A stretch of 25,873 nt of DNA, taken from Elusimicrobiota bacterium (GTDB lineage: Bacteria > CG03 > SLGR01 > JBDRKX01). Positions 24,185 to 25,873 of the stretch are shown here, one piece after another. Position 1 is the first letter of the stretch; every line of letters starts with the position of its first letter. The DNA lies in contig JBDRKX010000101.1 of assembly GCA_043813605.1 (NCBI GenBank), positions 1 to 25,873 on the forward strand, in the 5' to 3' direction. A program made the position numbers and the translations under genes. A model generated the notes under the pieces. It saw only the letters and a program-made list of their open reading frames with translations, had not been told where the DNA came from and did no database searches.

Positions 24185-25096
24185 TCAGAATATTGCAGAG
24201 ACAGTAAATCTCTGCGGTATACTGAGATTTCCCGTTATTCCCACAGAATGGTTGAACTGGAATGTGTTGAAATTAATGCCCCAGCCGATGTCGAATTTCT
24301 CATCGATATTTTTGGAGCCTTCGATATCGAACCTTAATCCCATCCTTAAAAAAAGCTGGTCTTCAAATCGAGCTTCCCCGCCGAGTAATATCAAAGCCTG
24401 CTCTTCATTTACAAGGTAGGGCAGATCGAGTGAAAAAGTCAGTTTTTTGCCGATATCTTCATATACATATGATGCCGCCGCAACAAACCTAAGGGGTAAA
24501 TCTTCTTCCTCTTCGATGTATTTAAGCTTAGTACCGAGATTCTGAAGGCTTATCCCGGTATTTATGTTTTCTGTAACTTCGAACTGAAGTCCCATATCAG
24601 CAGCAAAACCAAAGGCGTTAATGCCGAATACCTGAGAGGTAATGAATTTCAGGTTGAGTCCGGCTGAAAGTTTCTTTAAGTTTTCGCCGCTGCCCATTAT
24701 TATCACAAGGTCTCTCTGCCCTGTTTCGCTGACGGTGACTCCTGTGGCGTCAAATAACTCCAGTTTCCCGGTAGAATAATAGATAAGCGCCATGCCGAGT
24801 ACGGACGAACCTAGGCACTGTCCCATATACAGTGATGCCATGTTGCCGCCTGCCAGCCCTCTCTGGTAAGTTGTAGAAAACTCGGTACCGCTGAAAGAAG
24901 CCAGCCCGGCGGGATTATATCCGATACTCATCGCTTCGCCTTTCATAGCCGAACATGCGCCTCCCATGGCGGCGCCCCTTGCCGAAATCGGCTGAAGAAG
25001 AGTGAGCCCCGCGCTTGTGCCCGGACCTTTTGAAAAGGCTGTCTCCGGAGAAAGTGAAAATAGAAATATTATGAAAAAAGTATATATTATTTTCAT
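24185..25096 (-). CDS. Second PorV/PorQ-like outer-membrane beta-barrel
   Basis: Signal peptide, then GTSAGLTLLQPISARGAAMGGA...IGYNPAGLA, ADMGLQ and GISLQNLG...LP. Ends in an aromatic residue (FTVSAIF). Confidence 0.88.
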   Translation of the reverse strand: MKIIYTFFIIFLFSLSPETAFSKGPGTSAGLTLLQPISARGAAMGGACSAMKGEAMSIGYNPAGLASFSGTEFSTTYQRGLAGGNMASLYMGQCLGSSVLGMALIYYSTGKLELFDATGVTVSETGQRDLVIIMGSGENLKKLSAGLNLKFITSQVFGINAFGFAADMGLQFEVTENINTGISLQNLGTKLKYIEEEEDLPLRFVAAASYVYEDIGKKLTFSLDLPYLVNEEQALILLGGEARFEDQLFLRMGLRFDIEGSKNIDEKFDIGWGINFNTFQFNHSVGITGNLSIPQRFTVSAIF

Positions 25097-25872
25097 TTTA
25101 CAATAGCTATCTTTTTTACCGTATTGATTCCCGGACCTTCTATATGTAATACATAAACACCGGATGCGACAACAGTGTCATGCCTGTTGCTGCAATCCCA
25201 GAGTATGTGGTCCCTGTTCCCGTCTGTCTGTTTTGATTTCTCGCACACAAGGCTGCCGTCGAGCGTGTATATCCTGACTGAGACTCTGCCTGCGCCGGCG
25301 GTATCAAAATATATTTTTGCAGTCTCGCCTTTTGCCGGGTTTACATACCCGCTGACACCTCCCTGAATACTGACGCTGTTCTCTTCTACCACTACATCCC
25401 GTTCTATATAGACACACAAGCCCTCCTGGGTACCAAACCATCTGTATCCGGTCTTATTATCTATAGCGATGGCCTGAACAAAGTTGCTCGGGATATCGCA
25501 GTTGTCCTGGTTGAATGTGATCCATGTGGTCCCGTCGTACTGGCATACACCGCCGCCGTTTGTGCCTATCCAGATATGACCGGAAACAGGGTCTTCCTTG
25601 ATCTGTTTGACAGTATTATTGGAAAGACCGCTGTTAGTTAAATCATATGTCGTCCAGTCGCCGTTTGTGTCAAGAACGCAGACTCCTTTAATATCCGTAC
25701 CGAACCATCTGTTGCCGCTCGAGTCTATTTCAATACTCCTTATGCCGTCCGAAGCCAGCTGCTGATTGGTGCTTGAACGAGTGTGAGTTGTCCAGGCCCC
25801 TGCCACCGTAGGATCATTTCCCGTTAGAACGCTGATGCCGTACCCGTTGAGTCCGAACCATTTTGCGCCGTT
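25093..25872 (-). CDS. Beta-propeller (Reg_prop/Vgb-like repeats) protein with C-terminal FlgD-Ig/T9SS-CTD-like domain; 5' end truncated by the window edge
   Basis: The frame stays open to the window end (NGAKWFGLNGYGISVL...). Repeats: IEIDSSGNRWFGT, SGLSNNTV...IWIGT and IPSNFVQAIAID...WFGT. C-terminal YVNPAKGE...VRIYTLDG...W...VASGVY...KKIAIVK. ATGA overlap with the barrel gene. Confidence 0.85.
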   Translation of the reverse strand, partial: NGAKWFGLNGYGISVLTGNDPTVAGAWTTHTRSSTNQQLASDGIRSIEIDSSGNRWFGTDIKGVCVLDTNGDWTTYDLTNSGLSNNTVKQIKEDPVSGHIWIGTNGGGVCQYDGTTWITFNQDNCDIPSNFVQAIAIDNKTGYRWFGTQEGLCVYIERDVVVEENSVSIQGGVSGYVNPAKGETAKIYFDTAGAGRVSVRIYTLDGSLVCEKSKQTDGNRDHILWDCSNRHDTVVASGVYVLHIEGPGINTVKKIAIVK

Positions 25873-25873
25873 A

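Overview
Bacterial chromosomal window, almost fully coding and A-rich on the coding strand. The PorV-like barrels paired with FlgD-Ig/CTD proteins suggest a diderm, perhaps Elusimicrobiota or a related candidate phylum (inference only). A run of 18 tightly packed + strand genes (2-24183) has four blocks. (1) A surface module: phage-tail-fibre-like protein, a putative adaptor with a T9SS-like C-terminal domain, a PorV/PorQ-like beta-barrel, and an SLH + coiled-coil + C-terminal-helix protein with the Thermotoga Omp-alpha layout. (2) A transmembrane Ser/Thr signalling pair: FHA-FHA-TM-FG-GAP propeller-TM, and PP2C-TM-PEGA. (3) A type IVa pilus cluster: pilB, pilT (split by a +1 C frameshift), pilC, pilA, a PilW-like and a large PilX-like minor pilin, pilM, pilN, a pilO-pilP-like fusion and a short pilQ. 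(4) An unusual receiver-linker-TM-PEGA-TPR protein and a secreted TPR protein with an internal duplication. A second CTD-protein + PorV-like pair converges from the - strand. No RNA genes, mobile elements or CRISPR arrays were seen. The best candidate for an undescribed system is the combination of a fibre-display module, envelope tether and membrane-spanning phospho-signalling proteins around a type IV pilus. All domain calls come from motifs recognised by eye, with no database searches.
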